DNA of 57,349 nt from an uncultured Gammaproteobacteria bacterium (GCA_964645825.1 CAZXZY010000002.1:1-57349); one strand, 5' to 3'; positions 27,725 to 38,162 are shown, counted from the first letter of the stretch. Notes: generated by a model not told the origin, from the sequence alone. A program made the numbers and translations.

Positions 27725-28551
27725 AATGATTTTTTATATTTTTCTAATGTATCTCTGAGCGCTTCTTTGATGGGGCGCATTTTTATATCTAATTTTTCTA
27801 AATTAGCTGACTGCATAATATTATTAGACCTTTTCTTTTTTGCTAACCCACAACTCACTAATTCTCCTTCTCTAATCCAAGTGTTGGAATGCTTAGGATC
27901 AACTATTTCTTTATACATAGCTATAATTTCTTTGTGAGAAATTACTCCTGGATTTACTACATGAAAAATACCAGTAGCTTTTTTATTTAATAATTGATAA
28001 AAAACATCAACCATGTCTTCTACTATGGTGACGCTATTTTTAACATCAATAATTTTTTCGTATTTTGCTAATTTATTTATTAAATTTTTATCAGAAGGAA
28101 TATTGTCAATTGGCATGCGTATTCTGGCAATGCCAATATTGGGCAAGGTAGATAAAACTAAATCAGCTGCATATTTGGTCCTGGTATAAACTGCTACTGG
28201 ATTTGCTGGATCACTTTCAGTCCACGCTCCTCCATGTGGTGATTGACCATAAAAAATACAGCCAGTACCCATGTGCAATAAATAAATATTTTTTTTCTGA
28301 CAAGCTTCAGCAATAAGCGTAGGTAAAACTGCATTACCTTTTATGGTTTCTAATTGATGATCTTCGCACCAATCAACATTTGGCTTACCGACAATGCCAG
28401 CCGCATTTAAGACAGCGTCCGGCTGATATTCTGCTAATAATTCTAAAACATCATCGACTGTTTCTATGTGTTTATCTGATATTATAGAATCACTCCAAGA
28501 TTCATGACAACGTTGTCCAAGATAACCTGCTCCTAAAATCAATATTTTCAT
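27721..28551 (-). CDS. NRS/ER-type NDP-4-keto-6-deoxyglucose 3,5-epimerase/4-reductase (rhamnose synthesis)
   Basis: [21 protein letters not shown] ... MGTGCIFYG ... RIRMPID ... [24 protein letters not shown] ... [20 protein letters not shown] closely follows my recollection of the plant NRS/ER (UER1) sequence rather than bacterial RmlD. Confidence 0.7.
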   Translation of the reverse strand: MKILILGAGYLGQRCHESWSDSIISDKHIETVDDVLELLAEYQPDAVLNAAGIVGKPNVDWCEDHQLETIKGNAVLPTLIAEACQKKNIYLLHMGTGCIFYGQSPHGGAWTESDPANPVAVYTRTKYAADLVLSTLPNIGIARIRMPIDNIPSDKNLINKLAKYEKIIDVKNSVTIVEDMVDVFYQLLNKKATGIFHVVNPGVISHKEIIAMYKEIVDPKHSNTWIREGELVSCGLAKKKRSNNIMQSANLEKLDIKMRPIKEALRDTLEKYKKSL

Positions 28552-29522
28552 TATTTATTTTTTAATTTTTTCCACCAATTATTATTTTTTGTATACCACT
28601 CTACTGTATCGGCAAGTCCAGTAACAAAATCTATTTTTGGCTTCCAAGCCAGCGCCTTGTTTATTTTTTGATTGCTAATGGCATAACGATAATCATGTCC
28701 TAATCTATCTTTGACATACTCTATCGTATCTTCATTTTTATGCATAATCTGCAAAATATTTTTCGCTATATCTATATTGCGTATTTCATTCTCTCCACCA
28801 ATACAATAAGTCTCTCCAATTTCCCCCTTATGCATAATAAAATCAATAGCTGCACAGTGATCAACGACGTGAATCCAATCTCTGATATTTTCTCCTTTAC
28901 CGTAAATCGGTATTTTCTTGTCTTCTAATAAATTAGTAATCAATAAAGGAATTAATTTTTCTGGAAATTGATATGGACCGTAATTATTTGAACAATTACT
29001 TATCGTAATTGGTAGCTTGTAAGTGTGATAATAAGCGCGCACCAAATGGTCAGCGCTTGCCTTGGAGGCACTATAAGGACTACGTGGATCGTATGATGTC
29101 TCTTCATTAAAGATTCCATCTTCGCCTAAGCTACCATAAACTTCATCAGTAGAGATATGATGAAATCTAATATTTCCATTTTCTTTAGCTATTCTCAATA
29201 GATTATGTGTGCCTAAAATATTAGTCTTTAAAAATACATCCGGATCATCTATTGATCGATCGACATGAGATTCAGCGGCAAAATGCACTATCATGTCTAT
29301 CTTATTTTTTTTGACAATTTTAGAGACTAAATCATAATCACTTATATCACCTTTAATAAACTTATAATTTGCTAATTCTGAAATTTTATCTAAATTTTCT
29401 AAATTACCAGCATAGGTCAAGACGTCTAAATTTATAATATTATAATCAGGATATTTTTCTAAAATATAATAAATAAAATTGGAGCCAATGAATCCAGCGC
29501 CACCTGTAATCAATAAATTCAT
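28551..29522 (-). CDS. rmlB: dTDP-glucose 4,6-dehydratase
   Basis: LITGGAGFIGSNF ... ISTDEVYG ... YSASKASADHLVRAY. Confidence 0.92.
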   Translation of the reverse strand: MNLLITGGAGFIGSNFIYYILEKYPDYNIINLDVLTYAGNLENLDKISELANYKFIKGDISDYDLVSKIVKKNKIDMIVHFAAESHVDRSIDDPDVFLKTNILGTHNLLRIAKENGNIRFHHISTDEVYGSLGEDGIFNEETSYDPRSPYSASKASADHLVRAYYHTYKLPITISNCSNNYGPYQFPEKLIPLLITNLLEDKKIPIYGKGENIRDWIHVVDHCAAIDFIMHKGEIGETYCIGGENEIRNIDIAKNILQIMHKNEDTIEYVKDRLGHDYRYAISNQKINKALAWKPKIDFVTGLADTVEWYTKNNNWWKKLKNK

Positions 29523-29523
29523 A

Positions 29524-29958
29524 CTATAGTTTATTTTCTAATTTACTAAACACTTCGTCTATTCTGTTTTTAGCAACCTGAACTACATTTTTATGATCAG
29601 CCTTAATTCTTTCCCTCAATCCTTTTGGTAAGCCATCATCTTGATAACGTGGGATAATGTGCCAATGAACATGCTCAATAATTTGTCCAGATACTAGACC
29701 ATTATTTAATCCTAAATTATAAGCATCAGCTTTTAATATTTTTATTATTTTTGGCGCTAGCTTATGAATAACGGCTGATAAATCAGCCGCTTCTTGATCT
29801 GATAAAACAGTAAAATTATCAGCATGTTTTTTTGGTATCACCAAGGTGTGTCCTAGACTTACCGGATCAATGTCTAAAAAAGCTAAATACTTATCATCTT
29901 CATAAATAACTTTAGCTGGAATTTCTTTATTTATAATTTTACAAAAAAGACAATCCAT
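29524..29958 (-). CDS. HIT family (histidine triad) nucleotide hydrolase/transferase
   Basis: CLFCKIINKEIPA ... GHTLVIPKKH ... HVHWHIIPR. Confidence 0.88.
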   Translation of the reverse strand: MDCLFCKIINKEIPAKVIYEDDKYLAFLDIDPVSLGHTLVIPKKHADNFTVLSDQEAADLSAVIHKLAPKIIKILKADAYNLGLNNGLVSGQIIEHVHWHIIPRYQDDGLPKGLRERIKADHKNVVQVAKNRIDEVFSKLENKL

Positions 29959-29962
29959 ATAT

Positions 29963-31600
29963 TTATTGATTAATTAATTGTATTTTATATAAATTAAAAT
30001 CCTCATTAATACCTGCTAATTTTATAATATCTAAATTATATTCAGCCGCTTCTAGTTGTGTGGTGATAATTCTATCTTCTGATAAACTAGAGTAATAAAA
30101 AATATCTGTTGCCTGTGCTAGTTTTTCTAAACGAGGCCATAAAGGCAAATCCCCTTGCGGTACAATCACTTTGTAATAAGGAAAAAATAATTTATCACTA
30201 CGCTCCGTTAACATCACGGAACCGGCTGGCACTATCTTTTGTACTTTATCAAATTGCTGATAATAACTCAACAGAGTTATTTTGTTTTGTTTTAAGCCAT
30301 CATGAGGGCTCAAAAAAGCTAAGTGCAAAGAAAAGATACCCAAAATAATTACTACGCCTGTTTTAATAATAAGAGCTTGTTTTTTATTTTTAAAACTAAA
30401 CAAAAATTGGATAGCCAAAGCCACAACAGGCATGGCTAAAATATATAAAGGCAAAAAATATCTAACATAAGAAATACTAATGGTGTTGTATTGTTTGACT
30501 AGTGGATCGATCAAGTCCCAGCTGGCATAATAAATCAATAATAATATGCCAACAATTTTAGAGACAATAAAATATTGCCGCCAAATTTTATTAGTTTTTC
30601 TTTTTTTAAAAAATAGCCAGCTAGTTGCTATGATCAGTAACCAATAAGGCCATAATATCTTAATAAGATATTCCCAAGTGTTCAATATAAAAACCTTGGT
30701 ATTCCAGCCAAAAGGTAAAATAAACAATTTTAACCAAGCCCAAATATTATTTTCTTGATTATTTAATTCACTTGTAAAAGAGTTGGCTTGCAAGTTTAAA
30801 TAACCGAAATTAAACCAACCGCCATAAACTAATTTATTTAGCCATAAAGTTAAAAAAGCAAATATAAATAAAATAGCCAAAAAAATAATTATTTTAGTAT
30901 GGGCTATTTTTTTATAATTAAAATAATATAAAGCACTCAACATAGCTGCCACCCAAATAAATTCCGTTGGTCGAACAACTAAGGCTAAGGCGGTTAATAA
31001 ACTGCTAAGTAAAAAAGTAAGATTAGAGTTATGTTTGATGCTAACAACTAAGGCTAATAAGCCACTGCTTAACAAGAAAATAAATAAAACAGTTGGCAAC
31101 ATTACAACATTGGCAAAAAATAGCCATGGTCCTAAAGGTAACAACAATAAAGCTGTGATAAATGCAATTTTTTGATCAGCAAAAATGTGAACAAATAACT
31201 TGTACAAAATAAATACAGTAGCACTAGCTAATAATGGAGTAAGAAACAAGATTAATCCTCCACCGAAAACTTTGAAGATGGAACCAAAAATAATTATTGG
31301 CCATAAAAAAGTCATCGGCACCAACCAGCCATCTAAAACATTTATACTACGAGTGTGTAATAAATTATCGGTAACATGATTAAAAACTTCTAAAATAGAA
31401 AATTGTCCCTGGCTAGCAAATAGCTGACTAAAAAAATAATTAGCGTTGGCATCTGGCCAATTAAAAATCAAATGTCCAGTGGCTAAAAACTGTGGCCACC
31501 AAACTGACAGCGTAGTAAAACTATAAACAAAAAAGAATACTACGCAAGTTAACAAGATTATTAAAGAATATTTATTTTGCTTTATTTTCATTAATTTCAA
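29963..31600 (-). CDS. Large polytopic membrane protein, possibly a GT-C-fold glycosyltransferase
   Basis: 545 aa with at least 12 hydrophobic segments. Acidic loop motif NWPDANANY follows the first TM. It is embedded in a glycosyltransferase locus. No family signature that I can name with certainty. Confidence 0.4.
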   Translation of the reverse strand: MKLMKIKQNKYSLIILLTCVVFFFVYSFTTLSVWWPQFLATGHLIFNWPDANANYFFSQLFASQGQFSILEVFNHVTDNLLHTRSINVLDGWLVPMTFLWPIIIFGSIFKVFGGGLILFLTPLLASATVFILYKLFVHIFADQKIAFITALLLLPLGPWLFFANVVMLPTVLFIFLLSSGLLALVVSIKHNSNLTFLLSSLLTALALVVRPTEFIWVAAMLSALYYFNYKKIAHTKIIIFLAILFIFAFLTLWLNKLVYGGWFNFGYLNLQANSFTSELNNQENNIWAWLKLFILPFGWNTKVFILNTWEYLIKILWPYWLLIIATSWLFFKKRKTNKIWRQYFIVSKIVGILLLIYYASWDLIDPLVKQYNTISISYVRYFLPLYILAMPVVALAIQFLFSFKNKKQALIIKTGVVIILGIFSLHLAFLSPHDGLKQNKITLLSYYQQFDKVQKIVPAGSVMLTERSDKLFFPYYKVIVPQGDLPLWPRLEKLAQATDIFYYSSLSEDRIITTQLEAAEYNLDIIKLAGINEDFNLYKIQLINQ

Positions 31601-32777
31601 CTAAAACTTTTTCTACATATTTAGACAATAAATATGGCTCAACACTATGATGACAATTAGGAGCCAATAAACGTAACTTATCTCTTTGTTTATAAATACT
31701 AATAATTTTTTTATCCAAAGTTTTGAAATCTCCAGCTGGATATATCCAGCCATTTTTGCCTTCGGTAATTAACTCGGCTACTCCACCAATATCAGCCGCT
31801 AAAACTGGCATGCCCAGGGCTAACATTTCATAAATAACTGTTGGTGAATTTTCATAACATAAAGACGGAACTATTAATATGTCCATTTTAGCTAATAATG
31901 GCATCATCTCTTCATGCCGTAGCCAGCCATAAAATTTTATTCTTTTATCCTTAGCTGCTAATTTCTTAGCTTTTTCTAATTCTGGGCCAACGCCAACAAT
32001 ATTTAAACGTAAAGCTGGTAAATTTATTTCTTTAATTGCTTCAATCAATTCTAATACGCCCTTAGCTTTGTGTACTTGCCCTAAATACAATAATTCTAAA
32101 TTATAACTTTCTTTTTTCTCTAATTTTATAAGTTGTTTAATTGGATTAGGCAAAACTATTTTTTTTGATTTTGAGAAAAACTTTAAATCTTTATAATAAT
32201 TTAATAAAAAACGAGATGGTGACAAAACCACATCCGGTGACTTCCAAAGCCAACGCATCAACTTGGCGTAGCCTAAAAACTTAAACACTTTATGTGACCA
32301 AGAATTTTCTTTATTAAAAACAATCAAGCCAGAAGGCGTACCTAATTGGACATCGTGCAAAGTATGAATGTGTTTTATTTTTAATTTGCGTAATAATCTA
32401 GGAATCAAAAAACCTATACCCATCAGATTATGAGTAATAATAGCGTCAGGTTTTTCTAGCTTTAATATTTTCTTAATTTTAAAATAAGAAAAAATATTGA
32501 AACTATCAAATAGATGCCAGATCAAACGAATAAAAGCAGGATATCGAAAATCATTTAAATAATAATAAATATTTAATGGATAAAAACGATAAACTGGAAT
32601 GTCTGCATTCTCATTTTTACTAATTGATAAAGATTTAAATCCACCGTAGGGTCGTGAGCTAATCACAAAAACATGCTGCCAGGCTTCCTTTAGACCTTGA
32701 GCTTCTAGAGCAGCTATGACCTCTGCTCCACCTCGAATCAATGGTGGATATAAATTGGAAATTATTCCGATCTTCAT
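31572..32777 (-). CDS. GT4 family glycosyltransferase
   Basis: MKIGIISNLYPPLIRGGAE ... PSLCYENSPTVIYEMLALGMPVLAADIGGVAELI. Confidence 0.85.
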   Translation of the reverse strand: MKIGIISNLYPPLIRGGAEVIAALEAQGLKEAWQHVFVISSRPYGGFKSLSISKNENADIPVYRFYPLNIYYYLNDFRYPAFIRLIWHLFDSFNIFSYFKIKKILKLEKPDAIITHNLMGIGFLIPRLLRKLKIKHIHTLHDVQLGTPSGLIVFNKENSWSHKVFKFLGYAKLMRWLWKSPDVVLSPSRFLLNYYKDLKFFSKSKKIVLPNPIKQLIKLEKKESYNLELLYLGQVHKAKGVLELIEAIKEINLPALRLNIVGVGPELEKAKKLAAKDKRIKFYGWLRHEEMMPLLAKMDILIVPSLCYENSPTVIYEMLALGMPVLAADIGGVAELITEGKNGWIYPAGDFKTLDKKIISIYKQRDKLRLLAPNCHHSVEPYLLSKYVEKVLVEINENKAK

Positions 32778-32780
32778 CTT

Positions 32781-33932
32781 TTACTTGCAACAACTTTTAA
32801 GAACATTATCTAGCTTGTATCCAATGGAATCCCAAGTATATTTTTCTAATACTTTTTTTCTACCATTTTGTCCATATTCTTTTGCTTCCTGTGGATTTTT
32901 TAATAAATATTCAATCATGTCTACTAAATTATCTACACTACCCGGTTTTACCAATAAACCGGTTTCTTTTTTATCAACTACTGAACGCACACCAGGTAGG
33001 TCAGAAGCAATAACTGGAACTCCGGAAGACATTGCCTCCAAGGCCACTATACCGAAAGCCTCAGATTTATCTACTGATGGCAAGACCAACATATCAGCTA
33101 GGTTATAATACTTCGGTAACATATTATCTTTGGTGTAGCCAGTAAAAATAATCTTCTTACCCAGACCCAAGCTATCAGCTAGACCTTGATAAGTGCTTTT
33201 CAATTCACCATCACCAACTATCACACAACGAACTTTATCACCATCAGAAAATTTCTGCATCGCTTGAATAAGAATATTAATACCCTTGAAATAATGCGCC
33301 TTATCCAAACCACCGACAAACAAAATAACTTTTTTGCCATAAAGATCATGTGTCTTCATCAATTCTTTGTCTTTGGGACGAGGCTTGAATAATAAATGAT
33401 TAACGCCACATGGTATTTCCACAAATTTTTCTGGCTCTATTTGCAAACGATCTTTAATGTTTGATCTTTCAACATAATCTCTGGAGGTAATAACTATGCG
33501 ATCTGCTCGATCTAAAATCTTTGGTAAAACATATTGAGTATGCCAACGAAAAAATTTAGCTATCAAACCAGTGCCAATCACATCCATATGATAAGTGACA
33601 ACTAGCTTTATATCTTTTATCTTATCTAAAAAATAAATTGTTTCAGCACCACCAAAAAAAGGATAGTGCAAATGAATAACATCAAACTTTGGTAAGTGCC
33701 ACCATAATTGTGGCAAGATGCCAGCGTTTCCATATTTGAACCACGGATAAAGCCTCTTTACTGTAAAGGGTAATTCTTCATTATTTTTAATTCTTTTATA
33801 ATGTGGCGTAAACACGGTTACGTCGTGACCCAAAGTCGCCAAAGACCAAGCATTATAATAAGCAACATTGCCCATGCCGGCTTTATAAGGTGGAAAAGTG
33901 GATGTAACTACTGCAATTTTCATAATTACCAA
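32781..33932 (-). CDS. GT4 family glycosyltransferase
   Basis: KIAVVTSTFPPYKAGMGNV ... PSVDKSEAFGIVALEAMSSGVPVIASDLPGVRSVV. Confidence 0.85.
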   Translation of the reverse strand: MVIMKIAVVTSTFPPYKAGMGNVAYYNAWSLATLGHDVTVFTPHYKRIKNNEELPFTVKRLYPWFKYGNAGILPQLWWHLPKFDVIHLHYPFFGGAETIYFLDKIKDIKLVVTYHMDVIGTGLIAKFFRWHTQYVLPKILDRADRIVITSRDYVERSNIKDRLQIEPEKFVEIPCGVNHLLFKPRPKDKELMKTHDLYGKKVILFVGGLDKAHYFKGINILIQAMQKFSDGDKVRCVIVGDGELKSTYQGLADSLGLGKKIIFTGYTKDNMLPKYYNLADMLVLPSVDKSEAFGIVALEAMSSGVPVIASDLPGVRSVVDKKETGLLVKPGSVDNLVDMIEYLLKNPQEAKEYGQNGRKKVLEKYTWDSIGYKLDNVLKSCCK

Positions 33933-34978
33933 ATAATAAATAATCTTATGACTTGAAAGTAAGCATCTAAAATAGAGTTCGCTATTTTTAATAAAAATGA
34001 CTCTAGTGGTTGAAACAAAATTTTACCAGAAAATCTCATTAAAATCTGCCGATCATTAATTACTCTTTTATTCTGGATATCTTGTCTTTTACTTAACAAT
34101 ATTTTTAATTGCTGAATAGAGAATAAAAATTTGTAAGCTTTAAATTTATTTTTCAAATATTTATTGCGCCAAGCAAAATAAATCTGCCCCAATTCCATCA
34201 ACAACCAAGCCGGTAAAAATATCAATAAAGTTAATAACTTATAATTTTTTAGCATCACCCATAAACGATTACGTTCAAACCAGTACACTTGCTTGATGCT
34301 GCGATCAAATTCGTATTTATGAAAAACTACGCTATCTGGTATGAGATAATTATCATAACCCAATAACTGCAAAGACCAACCCAAGTCTAAATCTTCTAAG
34401 TAGGCAAACATGGTTTCGTCAAAGAGGTAGCCTAAGTCGTCTAAGGCTTCCATATTTATGAAAACTCCAGCTCCGGAAGCGTAATTTATTTTCTTAATTT
34501 TTGCTTGTTTATTATCTATTTGCTCACAAGCACGGCTATAACCAAAACCTAAATAGTGAATGACATTGCCTAAAGAATTTATCTTATGTGTTTCCGGAAA
34601 CAACTTCAACTTTGATTGTAGGCTACCAAACTGATTAGTCATAGCAAAACTATACAAAGGCTGGAGAAAACCTCGAATAATTTCTGTATCTTGATTTAAT
34701 AAGTATATAAATCTAAAATTATTTTTCTTGGCATATTCATAGCCAATGTTATTAGCGCCGACATAGCCAGTATTTTTTGTATTCTCCAATAAAGTAAGAT
34801 GTGAATAGTTTTCTTTGATAAAATCTACTGACTTATCACTAGATGCATTATCAACAATAATTATTTCCAAATCAAAATCTTCGTAGCTTTCTTGAGCTAA
34901 TTGCGGCAACAAACTAGTCAAATAATCTAGTCCATTGTAACTAGGGATTATAATAGCAATTTTATTCTTTTCTGACAT
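33926..34978 (-). CDS. GT2 family glycosyltransferase with C-terminal membrane region
   Basis: IAIIIPSYNGLDYL, IIVDNASSDKS, NTGYVGANNIG, LNQD and YLEDLDLGWS. Confidence 0.85.
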   Translation of the reverse strand: MSEKNKIAIIIPSYNGLDYLTSLLPQLAQESYEDFDLEIIIVDNASSDKSVDFIKENYSHLTLLENTKNTGYVGANNIGYEYAKKNNFRFIYLLNQDTEIIRGFLQPLYSFAMTNQFGSLQSKLKLFPETHKINSLGNVIHYLGFGYSRACEQIDNKQAKIKKINYASGAGVFINMEALDDLGYLFDETMFAYLEDLDLGWSLQLLGYDNYLIPDSVVFHKYEFDRSIKQVYWFERNRLWVMLKNYKLLTLLIFLPAWLLMELGQIYFAWRNKYLKNKFKAYKFLFSIQQLKILLSKRQDIQNKRVINDRQILMRFSGKILFQPLESFLLKIANSILDAYFQVIRLFIIW

Positions 34979-35291
34979 TTTTTATGGCATCCTCTCTGAC
35001 TACTTTAGTGATTTCTTTCTCTATTTTATTGATGCGAACAAATATTTTAAACAATAGATAAAATATAACTACTACTGACAAATAAACTATCAAATCTGCT
35101 CCTCGGCCGATACCTAAAAAATTCGCTAAATAAGAAGCAGTAGCTGGCTGCCAAAAAACAACCAACATAATCAACCACAAAATTAACCAAGCAAAAAAAC
35201 TAGACAATGATATTTTATCAGCTTGCCTTTGTTTGAATAATTTAAATAGTACTATTACTACAAAAAGAGTAATTAAAATTTGTAACCACAT
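34962..35291 (-). CDS. Small 3-TM membrane protein (DUF2304-like partner of GT2 enzymes)
   Basis: 109 aa with three hydrophobic helices and a charged tail. Overlaps both flanking GT2 genes. Confidence 0.45.
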   Translation of the reverse strand: MWLQILITLFVVIVLFKLFKQRQADKISLSSFFAWLILWLIMLVVFWQPATASYLANFLGIGRGADLIVYLSVVVIFYLLFKIFVRINKIEKEITKVVREDAIKNVRKE

Positions 35292-35974
35292 TATTTTATT
35301 AATTTACTAAATAATAAATCTTTCAAAATTTGCAAGCCACTTTGACCTCTACCTCGACTAGCAAATAGTGACTGGCCGAAACGTTTATACAACACAGTCA
35401 CTGAAACCTCTTTCCATTTTAATTTATTATGAAAAGCTTTGGCTAATATTTCACTACAATGAGCGCCACCATCTTGATTGATGGTAATTTTTGGAGCAAC
35501 GGTAGCTAAAAATGCCCTAAAACCATTTTGCGGATCACTAGTCTTGATATTAAAAAATAAAAAATTAATAATCCTAGCTGTCGGCAAGATAAAATTTTTC
35601 TTAAAAAAATAAATATCTGATTTAATATCTAAAAAACGAGAACCAAAAACGATTTCTGCTTCTGATTTTTCTAAAGGCTCAATAATCTTCTTGATTTCTT
35701 TGACTAAAAATTGTCCATCAGCATCAAAGTGCACAATAATATCGGCTGCTTTAGAGATAGCGTAATCCGTTCCCGTCCTCAATGCTGCACCTTGACCACG
35801 ATTTATTTTATGTTGTAAAACAGCAACTTGAAATTGACTAGCCACTTGGCTAGTTTTATCACTTGAAGAGTCATCAACAACCACAACTTGATACGAAAAA
35901 TTAGATAATTCTGTTAAAACTTGCGCAATTCTTTTCTCTTCATTAAAAGCTGGTATAACAACAAAAATTTTCAT
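35291..35974 (-). CDS. GT2 family polyprenyl-phosphate glycosyltransferase-like enzyme
   Basis: FVVIPAFNEEKRI, VVVDDSSSDKT, NRGQGAALRTG and HFDADGQF. Confidence 0.8.
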   Translation of the reverse strand: MKIFVVIPAFNEEKRIAQVLTELSNFSYQVVVVDDSSSDKTSQVASQFQVAVLQHKINRGQGAALRTGTDYAISKAADIIVHFDADGQFLVKEIKKIIEPLEKSEAEIVFGSRFLDIKSDIYFFKKNFILPTARIINFLFFNIKTSDPQNGFRAFLATVAPKITINQDGGAHCSEILAKAFHNKLKWKEVSVTVLYKRFGQSLFASRGRGQSGLQILKDLLFSKLIK

Positions 35975-35976
35975 AA

Positions 35977-37011
35977 TTATTCACCCTTTTGACCATCTTT
36001 ATCAAAAAATGGTCTATATAATCTAGACCTTGAACGTAAATAATCTATGGTCTGTTTTAGACCATCATCTAAAGAAACCAATGGCATCCAAGATAAGTCT
36101 GTTTTGGCTTTAGAAATATCAGGAATAGCTGGTTGATTAATATAAGCAAAATTGTCTTTGTATTCAACCTTAGCTTTGGAATTAGTTAATTCTATAATTT
36201 TTTGAGCTAAATCACCTAATGTATAAGCACGATCATCGCCTAAATTAACTGGCTCCTGTACATCAGACTTCATCAAAGCAATAATCCCCTCTACTGTATC
36301 TTTGACATAACAAAAAGTGGAGCTAAACTTCTGATCACCGGCAATAACCACCGCATCTCCATTTAAAGCCTCTTGAATATAGTCTGGAATACGACGACCA
36401 GCATGCTCTAACATCCTAGGACCATAAGTCGCAAAGATACGAGCAGTTCTAGTGTCCATCTTATAAAAATCACGATAAGTACTGACTAGAGTTTCCGCAA
36501 ATCTCTTGCCTTCATTGTAACAAGCGCGTGGCCCCAAAAAGTCTAACAAACCATAATAATCTTCCTTAACTTTGCTATTGTCTTTTGGTGGCTGTCCATA
36601 GACTGCAGCTGTGGAAGCTAATAAATATTTAGCTTTAAATTTTTTGGCTAATTCCAAACTATTAATGACACCAACAGAATTAGCGATAGCTGTTTCCACT
36701 GGTAGCTTGGTGTAGTCTCTAGCTGAAGTAGGACAAGCAAAATTATAAATTTCTTTAAAGCCGTAAACTTCTACTCTAAATTTTTGTAACTCTGGTAAAG
36801 ATTCTAAATCTATCTCTTCAGTGATATCATGTCGAACAAATTCAAAATTTGGATATTCCAAAAGTCTTTTAATATTTTCAACATCTGAAGAGATAAAATT
36901 ATCAACACAAACTACATTGTTGCCTTTTTTAACTAAGGCTTCACATAAATGAGAACCAATAAATCCAGCTCCACCTAATACTAAAATATTTTGATTATTT
37001 GTGTCTGTCAT
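35977..37011 (-). CDS. UDP-glucuronate decarboxylase (UDP-xylose synthase)-like SDR
   Basis: ILVLGGAGFIGSHLCEALVKKGNNVVCVDNFISS ... CYNEGKRFAETL. Confidence 0.7.
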   Translation of the reverse strand: MTDTNNQNILVLGGAGFIGSHLCEALVKKGNNVVCVDNFISSDVENIKRLLEYPNFEFVRHDITEEIDLESLPELQKFRVEVYGFKEIYNFACPTSARDYTKLPVETAIANSVGVINSLELAKKFKAKYLLASTAAVYGQPPKDNSKVKEDYYGLLDFLGPRACYNEGKRFAETLVSTYRDFYKMDTRTARIFATYGPRMLEHAGRRIPDYIQEALNGDAVVIAGDQKFSSTFCYVKDTVEGIIALMKSDVQEPVNLGDDRAYTLGDLAQKIIELTNSKAKVEYKDNFAYINQPAIPDISKAKTDLSWMPLVSLDDGLKQTIDYLRSRSRLYRPFFDKDGQKGE

Positions 37012-37030
37012 AATATTTTTTTAATTTTAT

Positions 37031-37729
37031 TTATTTGTATTTATTTAATAAATGATTTATACGGACTTTGAAAACCTGGCATAGTGTTTGGAAATAAGCT
37101 GCTGTGGTCACACGCGAATTAGCATTATTAGTCCAAGACACTGGAACTTCTTTAATTTTGAAATTGTGTAATTTTGCAATAAACAATAATTCAAAATCGA
37201 AAGCCCAACGATCAATAGTCAGTTTATCAAATAAGCTCAAGGCGCTATGCCGAAAAAGTTTGAAACCACATTGAGTATCGCGAATCGGTAATGATAAAAT
37301 AGATCTAATCAACAAATTACCCAAACGCCCTAATGTAACTTTCAAAAAATTCTGACTTTTGTGGATCCTAGATTGACTCATGGCTCGTGAAGCAATAACT
37401 ATCGGGTATTGATCAAGGTGTGGCAACAATTTCTCTAATTCTTCAATACTTGTCGAATTATCAGCATCCATAAATAATGCCATCTCTCCCCTGGTTACTC
37501 TCATGCCTTTGGCTACTGTATAGCCTTTACCGTGATTGGTCAAATTACGTAATACCTTGATATCTGGTATATTTCTGATGATTTCTAAGGTACTATCACT
37601 AGATGCATCGTCCACTACAATAATTTCGAAATTCTTAAACCTTGCTGTAAGCCAATCACTAATCTTAGCAACTGTATCGACAATGGTCTTAGCCTCATTA
37701 AAAACTGGAATCACCACGCTTAGCTGCAT
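37031..37729 (-). CDS. GT2 family dolichyl/polyprenyl-phosphate glycosyltransferase (DPM1/DPG-synthase-like)
   Basis: LSVVIPVFNEAKTI, IVVDDASSDST, NHGKGYTV, FMDADNS and QCGFKLF. Confidence 0.85.
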   Translation of the reverse strand: MQLSVVIPVFNEAKTIVDTVAKISDWLTARFKNFEIIVVDDASSDSTLEIIRNIPDIKVLRNLTNHGKGYTVAKGMRVTRGEMALFMDADNSTSIEELEKLLPHLDQYPIVIASRAMSQSRIHKSQNFLKVTLGRLGNLLIRSILSLPIRDTQCGFKLFRHSALSLFDKLTIDRWAFDFELLFIAKLHNFKIKEVPVSWTNNANSRVTTAAYFQTLCQVFKVRINHLLNKYK

Positions 37730-37730
37730 A

Positions 37731-38159
37731 TTATTTTACTTTAAAGGTCCAAAATTTTTGTAACCAAAAATTCCAATTAATAACAATAATAATGGTAAAT
37801 AATTTAGCCCATAAATCATGCCAAAAAAACTTATCCACTAATATATATAAAAAGATCATGGTTAATAATAATCCACCAGCAGCTACTAAAATAAATTTAC
37901 TGTACTCTTTAGCTGACAGTTTATGCTCTAATTTAAAAGTCCAATAACGATTGAGTAAAAAACTAGAAGTCACCGCTAATAAAAAAGCTAAAAAGGCGGC
38001 AAGTAAATAATGCCAATGAATAACTCGGGTAAAAAAGACATAAGCTACAAAATCAACAATAGTATTCAAAACGCCGATTAAACTAAATTTAATAAACTGT
38101 CTTAAAACTGGTCGGCTATTCAAAAATTTTATAATAAAAGTATCTTGGTACCATTCCAT
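37731..38159 (-). CDS. GtrA family membrane protein
   Basis: QFIKFSLIGVLNTIVDFVAYVFF with 4 TM helices, adjacent to a DPM1-like GT2. Confidence 0.8.
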   Translation of the reverse strand: MEWYQDTFIIKFLNSRPVLRQFIKFSLIGVLNTIVDFVAYVFFTRVIHWHYLLAAFLAFLLAVTSSFLLNRYWTFKLEHKLSAKEYSKFILVAAGGLLLTMIFLYILVDKFFWHDLWAKLFTIIIVINWNFWLQKFWTFKVK

Positions 38160-38162
38160 AGA

